The notes beneath the pieces are model-generated. The model saw only the letters and a program-made list of their open reading frames with translations, searched no databases and had not been told where the DNA came from. Both the position numbers and the translations under genes were made by a program. From assembly GCA_965261545.1 (NCBI GenBank), contig CBDHDF010000011.1, positions 928,001 through 992,000 of the forward strand: DNA of 64,000 bases. The letters run 5' to 3'. Below are positions 10,219 through 19,884 of this stretch, piece by piece (within the stretch, counting starts at the first letter, position 1; the number at the start of each line of letters is the position of its first letter). The stretch comes from Bdellovibrionales bacterium (lineage in GTDB: Bacteria; Bdellovibrionota; Bdellovibrionia; Bdellovibrionales; UBA1609).

Positions 10219-11734
10219 CTGGCACCTCCTTGGGGCTTTGGTTATTTGGATTTTCGTTATGTCGCAAATAAGGGTTGCCTTGTTTACGATCTATTTTCTC
10301 GTTCACCTTTTTTATTTTTTGCCCTTTATAGAAATGGAGTTGTTGCTGAAAATATCTAACCCTCCTTTTCTCCCACTGCTTGCAGTCCTCAAGGGCTTTG
10401 ATAATGAGAGGAAGGGACTTTTCCTTGCCCTCTTTCTGGATTTCTTTGTGACAGGAGCTTACAAAGCCCATAGCTCTTCTGAGATTTTCAATGGTCCCAC
10501 CCTGAAAAAGCTCCTCAATGAAGTTTTCAAGCTCTTTACAAATCATACTTGCTTGAATAAGAATGTTCTGGGGAGTGGCCTCCTTGTAGGCGCGACTGGG
10601 CTCCGGGAGGTGTTCGTTTTTGGTGATGTACTCTCCGAGTTTACCTTTGGTCCTCTTGTGGCGAGCGAGGAGCTGTTTTTGAAAGTAAATCTCCACACTC
10701 TCCACTCCAATTTTTACATCTACATACTCCCCTCGGTGCTGAAACGGAGCCGAGTAGAAGTTGGATTCAACGCTCACATGACAGTCTTGGTGGAGTTTTT
10801 TCTTCTCCCAACGTCCCCACCGGTAGGGAAAAGAAGGCAAGGGTTTTAAAGTTTTTACCTCTCGTTGAAATTTTTCATTGCGAGAGACCTTAAATCTTGT
10901 GTGAGGGCGAGCATTTATCTTCTCGCACACCTCCCTTAAAGCCTTATTAATTTGATCCAGACTGGTGAAGGTCTCTCGTCTGTACATAAACCTGAGGGCC
11001 CTTGTAACGAGCTTCACGGCATTCTCAGTAAGGCTTTTATCCTGGGGACGACGAACTCGAGCGGGAACAGCCACCGTGTCATAGTGTTCCAAAAGCTCTT
11101 GGTAGGATTTATTCAACTCTGGATCATACAAATGGGGTGTGTTCACTCCAGTCTTTAAATTATCAGGAACAACCACTCTCGGAACCCCACCGTAATATTC
11201 AAACATCAGAACGTGAGCGTGAAGAAAATCTTCACTAGATTCGCTCAAAGAGCCATAAGCAAAAATACGCTGAGAGAAACATAGATTTGAGCAAAATATA
11301 TGGGCCTTATGAATATTAAGGTCTTCATCGATCCACTCTGGCTGAAATCCTGCGTAATCAACCTCAACTTGGTGGCCTGGCTGAAAATCACGCAAGGTAA
11401 TAATCCTTTTGCCAGCTTTTGGAAATTGCTTATGAAACTCCCTCGTAAACTGGGGGTAGCTAATGACCTTCAGAAATTTTTCCTCCCAAACGTCACTTAA
11501 ACAATGCCTATCCTCAATCTCCTTCTCAATAATCTTCCAATCTATACCGTAAGACCAAGGGGGAATTTCTCTTTGGGTCTTCCAATCCTTGGGGTCTGTT
11601 AAAAGACCACGTCTTATCTTTCTAAGAGTCTTGGTGCAGCATTTCATGCGGCGACTGATTTCTCGGTCGGGAATATTTGCCTTTATTAATGATTTTATTT
11701 TTGTGTAACGCTCATGATCCATCTTTGTTCTCAT
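10211..11734 (-). CDS. istA: IS21 transposase IstA
   Basis: VEVDYAG, VVPDNLK, RRPQDKSLTEN. Start placed at 11734 after AAGGAGG (the ORF track starts at 11779). Confidence 0.92.
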   Translation of the reverse strand: MRTKMDHERYTKIKSLIKANIPDREISRRMKCCTKTLRKIRRGLLTDPKDWKTQREIPPWSYGIDWKIIEKEIEDRHCLSDVWEEKFLKVISYPQFTREFHKQFPKAGKRIITLRDFQPGHQVEVDYAGFQPEWIDEDLNIHKAHIFCSNLCFSQRIFAYGSLSESSEDFLHAHVLMFEYYGGVPRVVVPDNLKTGVNTPHLYDPELNKSYQELLEHYDTVAVPARVRRPQDKSLTENAVKLVTRALRFMYRRETFTSLDQINKALREVCEKINARPHTRFKVSRNEKFQREVKTLKPLPSFPYRWGRWEKKKLHQDCHVSVESNFYSAPFQHRGEYVDVKIGVESVEIYFQKQLLARHKRTKGKLGEYITKNEHLPEPSRAYKEATPQNILIQASMICKELENFIEELFQGGTIENLRRAMGFVSSCHKEIQKEGKEKSLPLIIKALEDCKQWEKRRVRYFQQQLHFYKGQKIKKVNEKIDRKQGNPYLRHNENPNNQSPKEVPDG

Positions 11735-11832
11735 TTCGACCTCCTTGGTTAAAGATTGGAGGTCTTTATAGAACATCAATGACGCTATGCTAAGGGGAAT
11801 CAGTCATGCCAATCAGTGCGGGCAATGCCATG

Positions 11833-13742
11833 GTTCGCCGGGCGAACTGAGATAAGATAGGGGGTTAGAGTCCCCCGAGAGGAAGGTCAACCGACCACTT
11901 CTCTCCCCAAGCCGTGCGCTGTCGGCCGTGAGGCCGAAGCGATGTATCGGTAGGGGTGTGTGTGGGCCAAATAATTGAGCGTCGAAAATGCCGAACTCTG
12001 GAGTGCGGAGGCTGTCATGGTAGCCGAACGCAACATACCCACCAGCGCTATGGTGAGTTGGTGGGTGACTCCACGGCGTCGTAGAAACTGGCACATACAT
12101 GAATCTTATCCCGGGACCTCGGGAGGTCTTTATTTAACCCCGTCATGTGCGACGGGCGACATGGGAAAGGAGGTAACCGTAACCCATGAACGAAATAAAG
12201 AAATCGGATCCACTCATAGTAGCGATGAAGAGGACGAACAAAGGGCCTACAAGCCCAGCGGAGTCCTTGGAGCGAAGGGGTGGAACTGAAGGGAACTCAA
12301 TCCGTCAAAGCATCTGCCGAACACAGAGTTGGGAAAAGGTGTCACAGGCGACGGAGCGAGTCCGTATAGCAGCAAAGAGAAAGGATGGTAAGCTCACTTG
12401 CTTGCTTCACCATGTATCTGTGGAAGCCCTCCACTTGGCTTACCTCTATTTGAATAGGGGAGCCAGTGCGGGAGTGGACCATTTAACATGGAAGGAGTAT
12501 GGCGAGAACCTCGTGCAAAACCTGTTCGATTTACATCGTCGGGTCCACACGGGTGCTTACAAAGGGCAACCTGTCTTGCGGGTAGAAATACCCAAGTCAG
12601 ACGGGGGCACAAGACCCTTGGGTGTCCTGGCCTTGGAGGACAAGATTGTCCAGAAGGCCGTTGTAGACAGCATCCTCTCTCCCATCTACGAGGAACATTT
12701 CCTCGGTTATAGCTACGGATTCCGTCCAGGGCGTGGAGCGCATAATGCGTTGGATGCTCTGGCTTACGGAATAGAGCGTAGAAAGATCAGCTACATATTG
12801 GATGCGGATATAAAATCCTACTTCGATAGCGTGGATAGAAAGACTCTAATTCGCTTTCTAAAACACCTCATCGGAGATGAGAGACTCATTCGTCTCTTTG
12901 AAAAGTGGCTCAAGTGCGGAGTGCTATCTCAAGGCGTCTTAGAAGACACAGGGAGAGGGACCGTTCAAGGTTCAAATATTTCCCCTATCTTCGCCAACAT
13001 ATATTTACATTATGTGTTGGATTTATGGATGCAGAAATGGCGCAAGGACCATGCCACAGGGGACATGATATTTGTTCGCTACGCCGATGACTTTGTCGTA
13101 GGCTTTCAATACAAGGGGGAAGCTGAACGCTTCCTCAATGATCTGAAGCGCAGGCTTAAGGAGTTTTCTCTAGAAATACATCCGGGGAAAACTCGCCTCA
13201 TAGAGTTCGGTCGATTTGCAAATGCAAATTGCCGCCGACGAGGTCTTGGTCACTCCGAGACTTTTGATTTCTTAGGATTCACTCACTTTTGTGTGCGCAC
13301 GAGGAAAGGAGGCTTTAGGATAGGGCGTAAACCCATATCCAAGAGAGTCTGCCGGACCTTACAGCACCTGAAGCTGAGTCTGAGAAAACGAGTCTACACG
13401 AGGGACCTAGCGGAATGTGCAAAGTGGTTGGGTTTGGTCATCAAAGGCTGGCTCAATTATTTTGCGGTTCCAGGAAGTACGGTGTACCTACGAAAATTTA
13501 TTTGCGCAATCAGGAGTGCTTGGATGAAAGCCATCCGACGACGCTCACAGCGTGGACGGAGATTCTCGTGGAAGAGGTTGGATAGAATGATTCGTCTATT
13601 CTGGCCTCGTATATCCATACGCCACCCGTGGCCAACAGATAGGTTCGCTATGCGGTACCACCTGAAGTAGGAGCCGGATGCTTTAACGAGCACGTCCGGA
13701 TCTGTGCGGGGGGTGCGTGGCAACACGCATTCCTACCGTAAC
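11833..13742 (+). mobile_element. Group II intron, copy 1 (1910 nt)
   Basis: 5' end GTTCGCC. Domain V GAGCCGGATGCTTTAACGAGCACGTCCGGATCT. Domain VI ends CTACCGTAAC. Candidate EBS1 CATGGT (12016-12021) pairs with exon GCCATG. Confidence 0.92.
12186..13670 (+). CDS. ltrA: Group II intron reverse transcriptase/maturase, no endonuclease domain seen
   Basis: IPKSDGGTRPLG, SYGFRPGR, DADIKSYFD, GTVQG, RYADDF, FDFLGF, GWLNYF. The true start may be downstream (about 12279). Confidence 0.95.
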   Translation: MNEIKKSDPLIVAMKRTNKGPTSPAESLERRGGTEGNSIRQSICRTQSWEKVSQATERVRIAAKRKDGKLTCLLHHVSVEALHLAYLYLNRGASAGVDHLTWKEYGENLVQNLFDLHRRVHTGAYKGQPVLRVEIPKSDGGTRPLGVLALEDKIVQKAVVDSILSPIYEEHFLGYSYGFRPGRGAHNALDALAYGIERRKISYILDADIKSYFDSVDRKTLIRFLKHLIGDERLIRLFEKWLKCGVLSQGVLEDTGRGTVQGSNISPIFANIYLHYVLDLWMQKWRKDHATGDMIFVRYADDFVVGFQYKGEAERFLNDLKRRLKEFSLEIHPGKTRLIEFGRFANANCRRRGLGHSETFDFLGFTHFCVRTRKGGFRIGRKPISKRVCRTLQHLKLSLRKRVYTRDLAECAKWLGLVIKGWLNYFAVPGSTVYLRKFICAIRSAWMKAIRRRSQRGRRFSWKRLDRMIRLFWPRISIRHPWPTDRFAMRYHLK

Positions 13743-13880
13743 CAACTGGTGCGGGCAATGCCATGCAACTGGTGCGGGCAATGCCATGCAACTGGTGAGG
13801 GTAATGCCATGCAACTGGTGAGGGTAATGCCATGCAACTGGTGAGGGTAATGTCATGCAATCGGTGAGGGCAATGCCATG
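13743..13880 (+). repeat. Six tandem 23-bp repeats, consensus CAACTGGTG(C/A)GGG(C/T)AATGCCATG (IS21 end repeats)
   Basis: Units start at 13743, 13766, 13789, 13812, 13835 and 13858. A seventh unit lies at 11810-11832. Related inverted copies occur at the other IS21 end (about 9345-9385). Confidence 0.95.
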
Positions 13881-15790
13881 GTTCGCCGGGCGAACTGAGA
13901 TAAGATAGGGGGTTAGAGTCCCCCGAGAGGAAGGTCAACCGACCACTTCTCTCCCCAAGCCGTGCGCTGTCGGCCGTGAGGCCGAAGCGATGTATCGGTA
14001 GGGGTGTGTGTGGGCCAAATAATTGAGCGTCGAAAATGCCGAACTCTGGAGTGCGGAGGCTGTCATGGTAGCCGAACGCAACATACCCACCAGCGCTATG
14101 GTGAGTTGGTGGGTGACTCCACGGCGTCGTAGAAACTGGCACATACATGAATCTTATCCCGGGACCTCGGGAGGTCTTTATTTAACCCCGTCATGTGCGA
14201 CGGGCGACATGGGAAAGGAGGTAACCGTAACCCATGAACGAAATAAAGAAATCGGATCCACTCATAGTAGCGATGAAGAGGACGAACAAAGGGCCTACAA
14301 GCCCAGCGGAGTCCTTGGAGCGAAGGGGTGGAACTGAAGGGAACTCAATCCGTCAAAGCATCTGCCGAACACAGAGTTGGGAAAAGGTGTCACAGGCGAC
14401 GGAGCGAGTCCGTATAGCAGCAAAGAGAAAGGATGGTAAGCTCACTTGCTTGCTTCACCATGTATCTGTGGAAGCCCTCCACTTGGCTTACCTCTATTTG
14501 AATAGGGGAGCCAGTGCGGGAGTGGACCATTTAACATGGAAGGAGTATGGCGAGAACCTCGTGCAAAACCTGTTCGATTTACATCGTCGGGTCCACACGG
14601 GTGCTTACAAAGGGCAACCTGTCTTGCGGGTAGAAATACCCAAGTCAGACGGGGGCACAAGACCCTTGGGTGTCCTGGCCTTGGAGGACAAGATTGTCCA
14701 GAAGGCCGTTGTAGACAGCATCCTCTCTCCCATCTACGAGGAACATTTCCTCGGTTATAGCTACGGATTCCGTCCAGGGCGTGGAGCGCATAATGCGTTG
14801 GATGCTCTGGCTTACGGAATAGAGCGTAGAAAGATCAGCTACATATTGGATGCGGATATAAAATCCTACTTCGATAGCGTGGATAGAAAGACTCTAATTC
14901 GCTTTCTAAAACACCTCATCGGAGATGAGAGACTCATTCGTCTCTTTGAAAAGTGGCTCAAGTGCGGAGTGCTATCTCAAGGCGTCTTAGAAGACACAGG
15001 GAGAGGGACCGTTCAAGGTTCAAATATTTCCCCTATCTTCGCCAACATATATTTACATTATGTGTTGGATTTATGGATGCAGAAATGGCGCAAGGACCAT
15101 GCCACAGGGGACATGATATTTGTTCGCTACGCCGATGACTTTGTCGTAGGCTTTCAATACAAGGGGGAAGCTGAACGCTTCCTCAATGATCTGAAGCGCA
15201 GGCTTAAGGAGTTTTCTCTAGAAATACATCCGGGGAAAACTCGCCTCATAGAGTTCGGTCGATTTGCAAATGCAAATTGCCGCCGACGAGGTCTTGGTCA
15301 CTCCGAGACTTTTGATTTCTTAGGATTCACTCACTTTTGTGTGCGCACGAGGAAAGGAGGCTTTAGGATAGGGCGTAAACCCATATCCAAGAGAGTCTGC
15401 CGGACCTTACAGCACCTGAAGCTGAGTCTGAGAAAACGAGTCTACACGAGGGACCTAGCGGAATGTGCAAAGTGGTTGGGTTTGGTCATCAAAGGCTGGC
15501 TCAATTATTTTGCGGTTCCAGGAAGTACGGTGTACCTACGAAAATTTATTTGCGCAATCAGGAGTGCTTGGATGAAAGCCATCCGACGACGCTCACAGCG
15601 TGGACGGAGATTCTCGTGGAAGAGGTTGGATAGAATGATTCGTCTATTCTGGCCTCGTATATCCATACGCCACCCGTGGCCAACAGATAGGTTCGCTATG
15701 CGGTACCACCTGAAGTAGGAGCCGGATGCTTTAACGAGCACGTCCGGATCTGTGCGGGGGGTGCGTGGCAACACGCATTCCTACCGTAAC
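13881..15790 (+). mobile_element. Group II intron, copy 2 (1910 nt)
   Basis: Appears identical to copy 1 at an offset of 2048, with the same boundaries. Confidence 0.92.
14234..15718 (+). CDS. ltrA: Group II intron reverse transcriptase/maturase
   Basis: Same translation as 12186-13670. Confidence 0.95.
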   Translation: MNEIKKSDPLIVAMKRTNKGPTSPAESLERRGGTEGNSIRQSICRTQSWEKVSQATERVRIAAKRKDGKLTCLLHHVSVEALHLAYLYLNRGASAGVDHLTWKEYGENLVQNLFDLHRRVHTGAYKGQPVLRVEIPKSDGGTRPLGVLALEDKIVQKAVVDSILSPIYEEHFLGYSYGFRPGRGAHNALDALAYGIERRKISYILDADIKSYFDSVDRKTLIRFLKHLIGDERLIRLFEKWLKCGVLSQGVLEDTGRGTVQGSNISPIFANIYLHYVLDLWMQKWRKDHATGDMIFVRYADDFVVGFQYKGEAERFLNDLKRRLKEFSLEIHPGKTRLIEFGRFANANCRRRGLGHSETFDFLGFTHFCVRTRKGGFRIGRKPISKRVCRTLQHLKLSLRKRVYTRDLAECAKWLGLVIKGWLNYFAVPGSTVYLRKFICAIRSAWMKAIRRRSQRGRRFSWKRLDRMIRLFWPRISIRHPWPTDRFAMRYHLK

Positions 15791-15800
15791 CAATTTTACA

Positions 15801-16502
15801 AGTAATAGCATAACTCTCTACGATAGGCTTTATTTATCTACAGAGATTATTAAGGCCCATGCTCAAGCCAGTAACTTCTTTATTGCGCGTTGTAAGCGAG
15901 GCTCTACTTTTATCCCCATTGTAAATTTATTTAATGGCCCAGGTTGGTATTCACGAATGGTTATTGAGGGGGTGGTCATTCATCTCTATAAGTATAAAAA
16001 CCCAAAGACTGGGGAGTTCTCTGTTTTGGCCACTAATCTTCCGCATGGCTCCTTGGACAAGAAGGATATGGTTGCTCTTTACTCTCGTCGTTGGGAAATA
16101 GAAACGACATTTCGTGATTTTACATCGACAATGAAAATGGAGCAGTGGCACTCAACAAGCCTTAATGGAATATTGCAAGAGCTGTATTCTTATTTTTGGC
16201 TCTTCAATTATACAAAGATTCAAATGAGCATAAATGAGGATGAAGACAGTGTGAATCAGTTGGTAAAAAATGACTACAAAAAACCTAACTTTAAACTGAT
16301 TCTTGATTTCATAATGGATAGCATCCCTCTTTTTGTTGCGGGGCTCTATCAGAAATTTAGGAAGCAGATAAAGTTGCTGATGAAGATTTCAATGGAGAAG
16401 AGGAGGCACTTCAAAAGAAGCTATGAAAGGTCTATCAAAAGGGCTGGGAGTTCTTTTAAAAGAAATAGCTTAACGCAGAGGCAGAGGGGTGTGGTGGCTT
16501 AA
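15801..16502 (+). pseudogene. IS4 transposase fragment 3 (C-terminal)
   Basis: SITLYDRLY, LATNL and YSRRWEIETTFRD (IS4 YREK-type motif). Stop lies within the right IR. Confidence 0.88.
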
Positions 16503-16515
16503 GGAAACGGCATTG

Positions 16516-16639
16516 AGCCATGGCCCCAGAGCTTCTCACTTTTACAGCCGGGATTTTGGCACTTACATGGCCTCTTCCAATTGTAATTCTTACCTTCTTT
16601 TACAAGGTCATCCGTTGATACAAAAGTAGCTAAAATCAT
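16516..16639 (-). pseudogene. DUF6431-like protein, 5' part
   Basis: RBS AGGAGG, then MILATFVS...YNWKRPCKCQNPGCKSEKLWGHG. Confidence 0.75.
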
Positions 16640-16781
16640 AACACCTCCTGATGCAGAGTATTAAACTCATGGGGAGGTTATGACAAGACTTAGTCAAGGG
16701 AATGTAATAATTCTTTAGGGATGGTCAAAGAAAAATAAAAAATAAAGGCGAATTCTAGTCAGAATAAAGTATCGTATAACA

Positions 16782-17315
16782 CCCCTCTGTGCAGGAAGCT
16801 GTATAGCCAAGTTCATCACAAGCAATAAGATCAAAACGGTCTAATTTCTTAAAAAGAGCATTCAATGAGAGTTCTTTCTTGCTTTCACGCATTGTTTCAA
16901 TAAGTTCATGAGTGGTGACCCATAAACATCGATAGCCTTGTTCACAGAGTGAACGAACTAGGGACATGGCCAAATGACTTTTCCCCATTCCAAAGCTTCC
17001 GTAAAACACAACATTACAGGCTTTTCTGACCCACTCTCCCTCTGCCATCCAATTAATTTGCTGAGCTGTCACTCCCGTTCTTTTCTGGAAGTTATAAGTT
17101 TGGAGTGATTTAAGTTGAGGAAGCTTGGCCCCCTTAAGCAATCTTTTCACTCTCTGGGAATGCTTGTCAGCAAGCTCATTTTGAACGAGTATACCTAAAT
17201 ACTGTTCATACGTCTTTTTTGTTTTTTCGGCAACTCTAGCCGTTGCAACATATTCATCCGCCATCGCTGGAAGTCGGAGTTTTTTAAGAGAACCTATAAG
17301 TTCTTCGTGATTCAT
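16782..17315 (-). pseudogene. istB: IstB, C-terminally truncated
   Basis: LKKLRLP, GSFGMGKSHLA, ACDELGY. Cut at 16782 by the three-gene transposon end. Confidence 0.85.
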
Positions 17316-18777
17316 TAAGAACCTCCTATGTTTGGAACAAGACTGTCATATTGAGACAATCTAGGTTGAAGTGGTTTTTGTTGGTCATTCAAATTAATTT
17401 TGGTGGGATTGCCTAAGAGCAAATCTTTTATGGATTTAAAGTCGAAAATCTCACGACTTTCTAATTGAAGCTCCATGGCTGTAGATAAGTCCTGCCAACT
17501 CACATGCTGAATCAAGTTGATAACTCTTAAATATTCATGCTCGGCACGGCTTGAATCTTGTTGCTTGAGGTATTGATAAAAATTTTCAAACACATTTGTT
17601 GGAAAAAGAATGGATCGGTGAGCCCATCTTACCATGGCTTGCGGCTTACGAACTAAAGAAGGAAGGATATGTTCAAGAAGAAGACTATGCTCCCCATCAG
17701 GTTTTCTTTGATGGCGAGCGACAATTTCTTGCTTCCCTCCTGCACGATAGATCGTGACATGATAGGGACCCTGTACGGTTTTACAGGGAGATTGGATCAC
17801 CTCATCAGGTATGGAATATGTGGTTTTACCTATTCTCAAAGTCCCATAACCATTACTTTGACAAATATTCACCTTACAGAGAATATCTTCATCTCGTGGA
17901 GGCAAAGGCTTAAGAACTTTGGCCTCCTCCTCAAAGCGAGATTTGGTGGAGTCACTCTGATGCTGATCCATATAAGACTCTAAAAACTGATTCAAATGAT
18001 CCCAGTCTTTAAAAACAATTCCTTTGTTTCTAACAATATTTTTTATCCGAGAACTGAAGGTTCGAATATCACGCTCCACATCTCCCTTGTCAGAGCCCTT
18101 CCCTGCGCGGCAGGGAAGAACCTTAAATCCATAGTATTGGATGGCTCGATCAAAAGATTGGGTGTAAATTCGCTGATTTCCTTTAAGAACTTTCTTCACA
18201 CAGGGAGATAAATTATCAATACGGATGTTCGCACTCATCCCACCTATCTTTTCAAAAAAAGCATGCACCCCATCGATGAAACACTCATAGACAAGAAAGG
18301 GGTAGGCACGAACCCAACAGGTGCCACTACAAGGCAATGTTCCAAAATGGAGATGAACGGAACACCATCGGCAAATGGTAAAGCAACCTTCTCCTTAAAA
18401 TCAAACTGAGCCTGTTCTCCAGGATCATATCTTTGGCTGAAAAAACGCTCCTTGGGGCGAGAACCAAGAATCTCACAAACTCTTCTCTGAACCGTTCTCT
18501 CACTCCCACGATAACCCTCCTCAACTAATAGCTCATATATTTCACGGGCGGTGTTACTTGGGTTCAACTTCAAAAAGTACTTCACCCGATCCATATATCC
18601 ATTAAGGGGATCTGGGCGAGTTCTTTTGGACCTCGCCTTGTACTTCGGTGGGGTGTTGGACTCACAGTACTTGCGCACCGTCTTACGATTGATCCCTAAT
18701 TCACGAGATATTTCTGTCTTATTTTTACCACTGTGACTCAGGTCACGAATGCGGCCGAAAGTGTATTGACTAATCAT
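17315..18777 (-). pseudogene. istA: IstA, frameshifted near 18360
   Basis: HTH (EISRELGINRKTVRKY), QAQFDF, RIDNL and DKGDVE are split across two frames. RBS GAGGAGG precedes 18777. Confidence 0.85.
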
Positions 18778-18902
18778 AAGATCCTCCTCATTGCTAACCT
18801 TTTGAGTTGCAAAAGGGAGGGACTCTGTGAGCTTAGTATCTATATCAGAAGAAGAGACTTCATTGTCTAGTATTTGAACACTCCCTGAAGATTGGTCACT
18901 TT

Positions 18903-19277
18903 TCATTGGCGACAACCTCCATATTGAAAGTGGGACATTTTAATTGGCGACGGCTTTAAGGGAAGCCTGTCTTTAGAAAGAAATTCCATGAAAATTGAGG
19001 CAAATGTTGGAATCTTGTGGAATTTAAATACTTTAGAAAATGGGCACAGCCTAAACAGGCTTTTCTTGACTATATATTTAACCTCATTGAAATCCAGAAA
19101 CAGTCTACAAATGACAAATATGGAACCTGAATAGGCTGTCATGGAAGGACTCTCCAACACGGAGCCCCTTTCCAGGTCGACAAGAACCCAAAAGGAGTTC
19201 TTATCAGCTCGGAGCCTTTTTATGAGTAATATCAATTGATTATATGCGTCTCGGTTGACAATGCCAAAAATCACCAT
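18903..19277 (-). CDS. Hypothetical passenger protein within the IS21 end
   Basis: 124-aa ORF with RBS GAGGAGG. No motif recognised. Confidence 0.45.
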   Translation of the reverse strand: MVIFGIVNRDAYNQLILLIKRLRADKNSFWVLVDLERGSVLESPSMTAYSGSIFVICRLFLDFNEVKYIVKKSLFRLCPFSKVFKFHKIPTFASIFMEFLSKDRLPLKPSPIKMSHFQYGGCRQ

Positions 19278-19344
19278 AGGTCCTCCTCTGAAAAGTGGCC
19301 ACTTTTCATTGGCGACGGTGGGGCATTTTAATTGTCAGCTAACA

Positions 19345-19884
19345 ACACTCATCTTGAACTTCCGTTAACAAAATATCGGATTTCATGTGATATTCAAAAT
19401 CCTCTATGGTGAATCCATAGGATTTTACAATGTGAATTATTCTGGCCTTCTCCAACCCAACCCGACCACTCTCAATATGACCGATTGCATCCTTATGATA
19501 ACCACATGAAAAGCTGGCTTTGCGTTGACTAAGACTTTTTAAATTTCTCAAAACCTTTAACACTTGAACCTCTTTGGTGATGATTTTTTTGAGAAATCGT
19601 CGGTCTCTTCTATCATCAATAGGCTTTTCTTTTTTGTGACAAAACCTCTTTTGGATTTGTTCACTTTTACCCTCACGGCATAACAAAAAGTCCTTATAGG
19701 TCAGCCCATAGGCCCTGACAGTTCGTTCAATTCGGGGTCTGATTATGATCGTTCTCCCATTTTCAAATTTTTCAACGGTCTTGTGGCCTATGCCCAAAAG
19801 AACCCCTGCCTCTTTACGACTTAGTCCTCGAATCTCACGCAATTTCTTCAACGCAACTGCGTTAATCTTTCCTTCGTATCCCAT
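19345..19884 (-). pseudogene. Double Xre/Cro HTH regulator, truncated by IS21 element 2
   Basis: Two HTH units (LREIRGLSRKEAG...ENGR and LRNLKSLSQRKAS...ESGR). The stop codon is supplied by the IS end. Confidence 0.8.

Larger units (their letters stand above)
9336..15800 (-). mobile_element. IS21-family element 1, with two group II introns in its upstream end
   Basis: Ends TGTACAATTG / CAATTTTACA. Target duplication AGTAAT at 9330-9335 and 15801-15806. Contains an istA-istB pair. Confidence 0.92.
6476..16515 (+). mobile_element. IS4-family element carrying nested insertions
   Basis: Perfect 18-bp IR CAATGCCGTTTCCTTAAG. 10-bp target duplication AGCCATGGCC at 6466-6475 and 16516-16525. Confidence 0.93.
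3381..16781 (-). mobile_element. Three-gene TG...CA transposon (DUF6431-like gene, Mu/TnsB-like DDE integrase, ExeA-like ATPase), expanded by nested insertions
   Basis: Imperfect IRs TGTGATCCAATACTTTATTTTGAC (3381) and reverse-complemented TGTTATACGATACTTTATTCTGAC (ends 16781), 20/24 identical. Confidence 0.8.
16782..19344 (-). mobile_element. IS21-family element 2, truncated on the istB side
   Basis: End TGTTAGCTGAC at 19344. Repeats CA(C/T)TTT(C/A)ATTGGCGAC-like at about 18895, 18932, 19297 and 19321. Confidence 0.85.

Noticed and set aside
11816..11832. GTGCG at 11816 as the intron 5' end
   Set aside because: It belongs to the 23-bp repeat. The equivalent position before copy 2 is GTGAG, and EBS1 pairing points to 11833.
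13743..13880. CRISPR array next to a reverse transcriptase
   Set aside because: The repeats have no spacers, no cas genes were seen, and the unit matches the opposite IS21 end.
12186..15718. Retron, DGR or defence-associated RT
   Set aside because: The protein has group II maturase motifs and is followed directly by domains V and VI.
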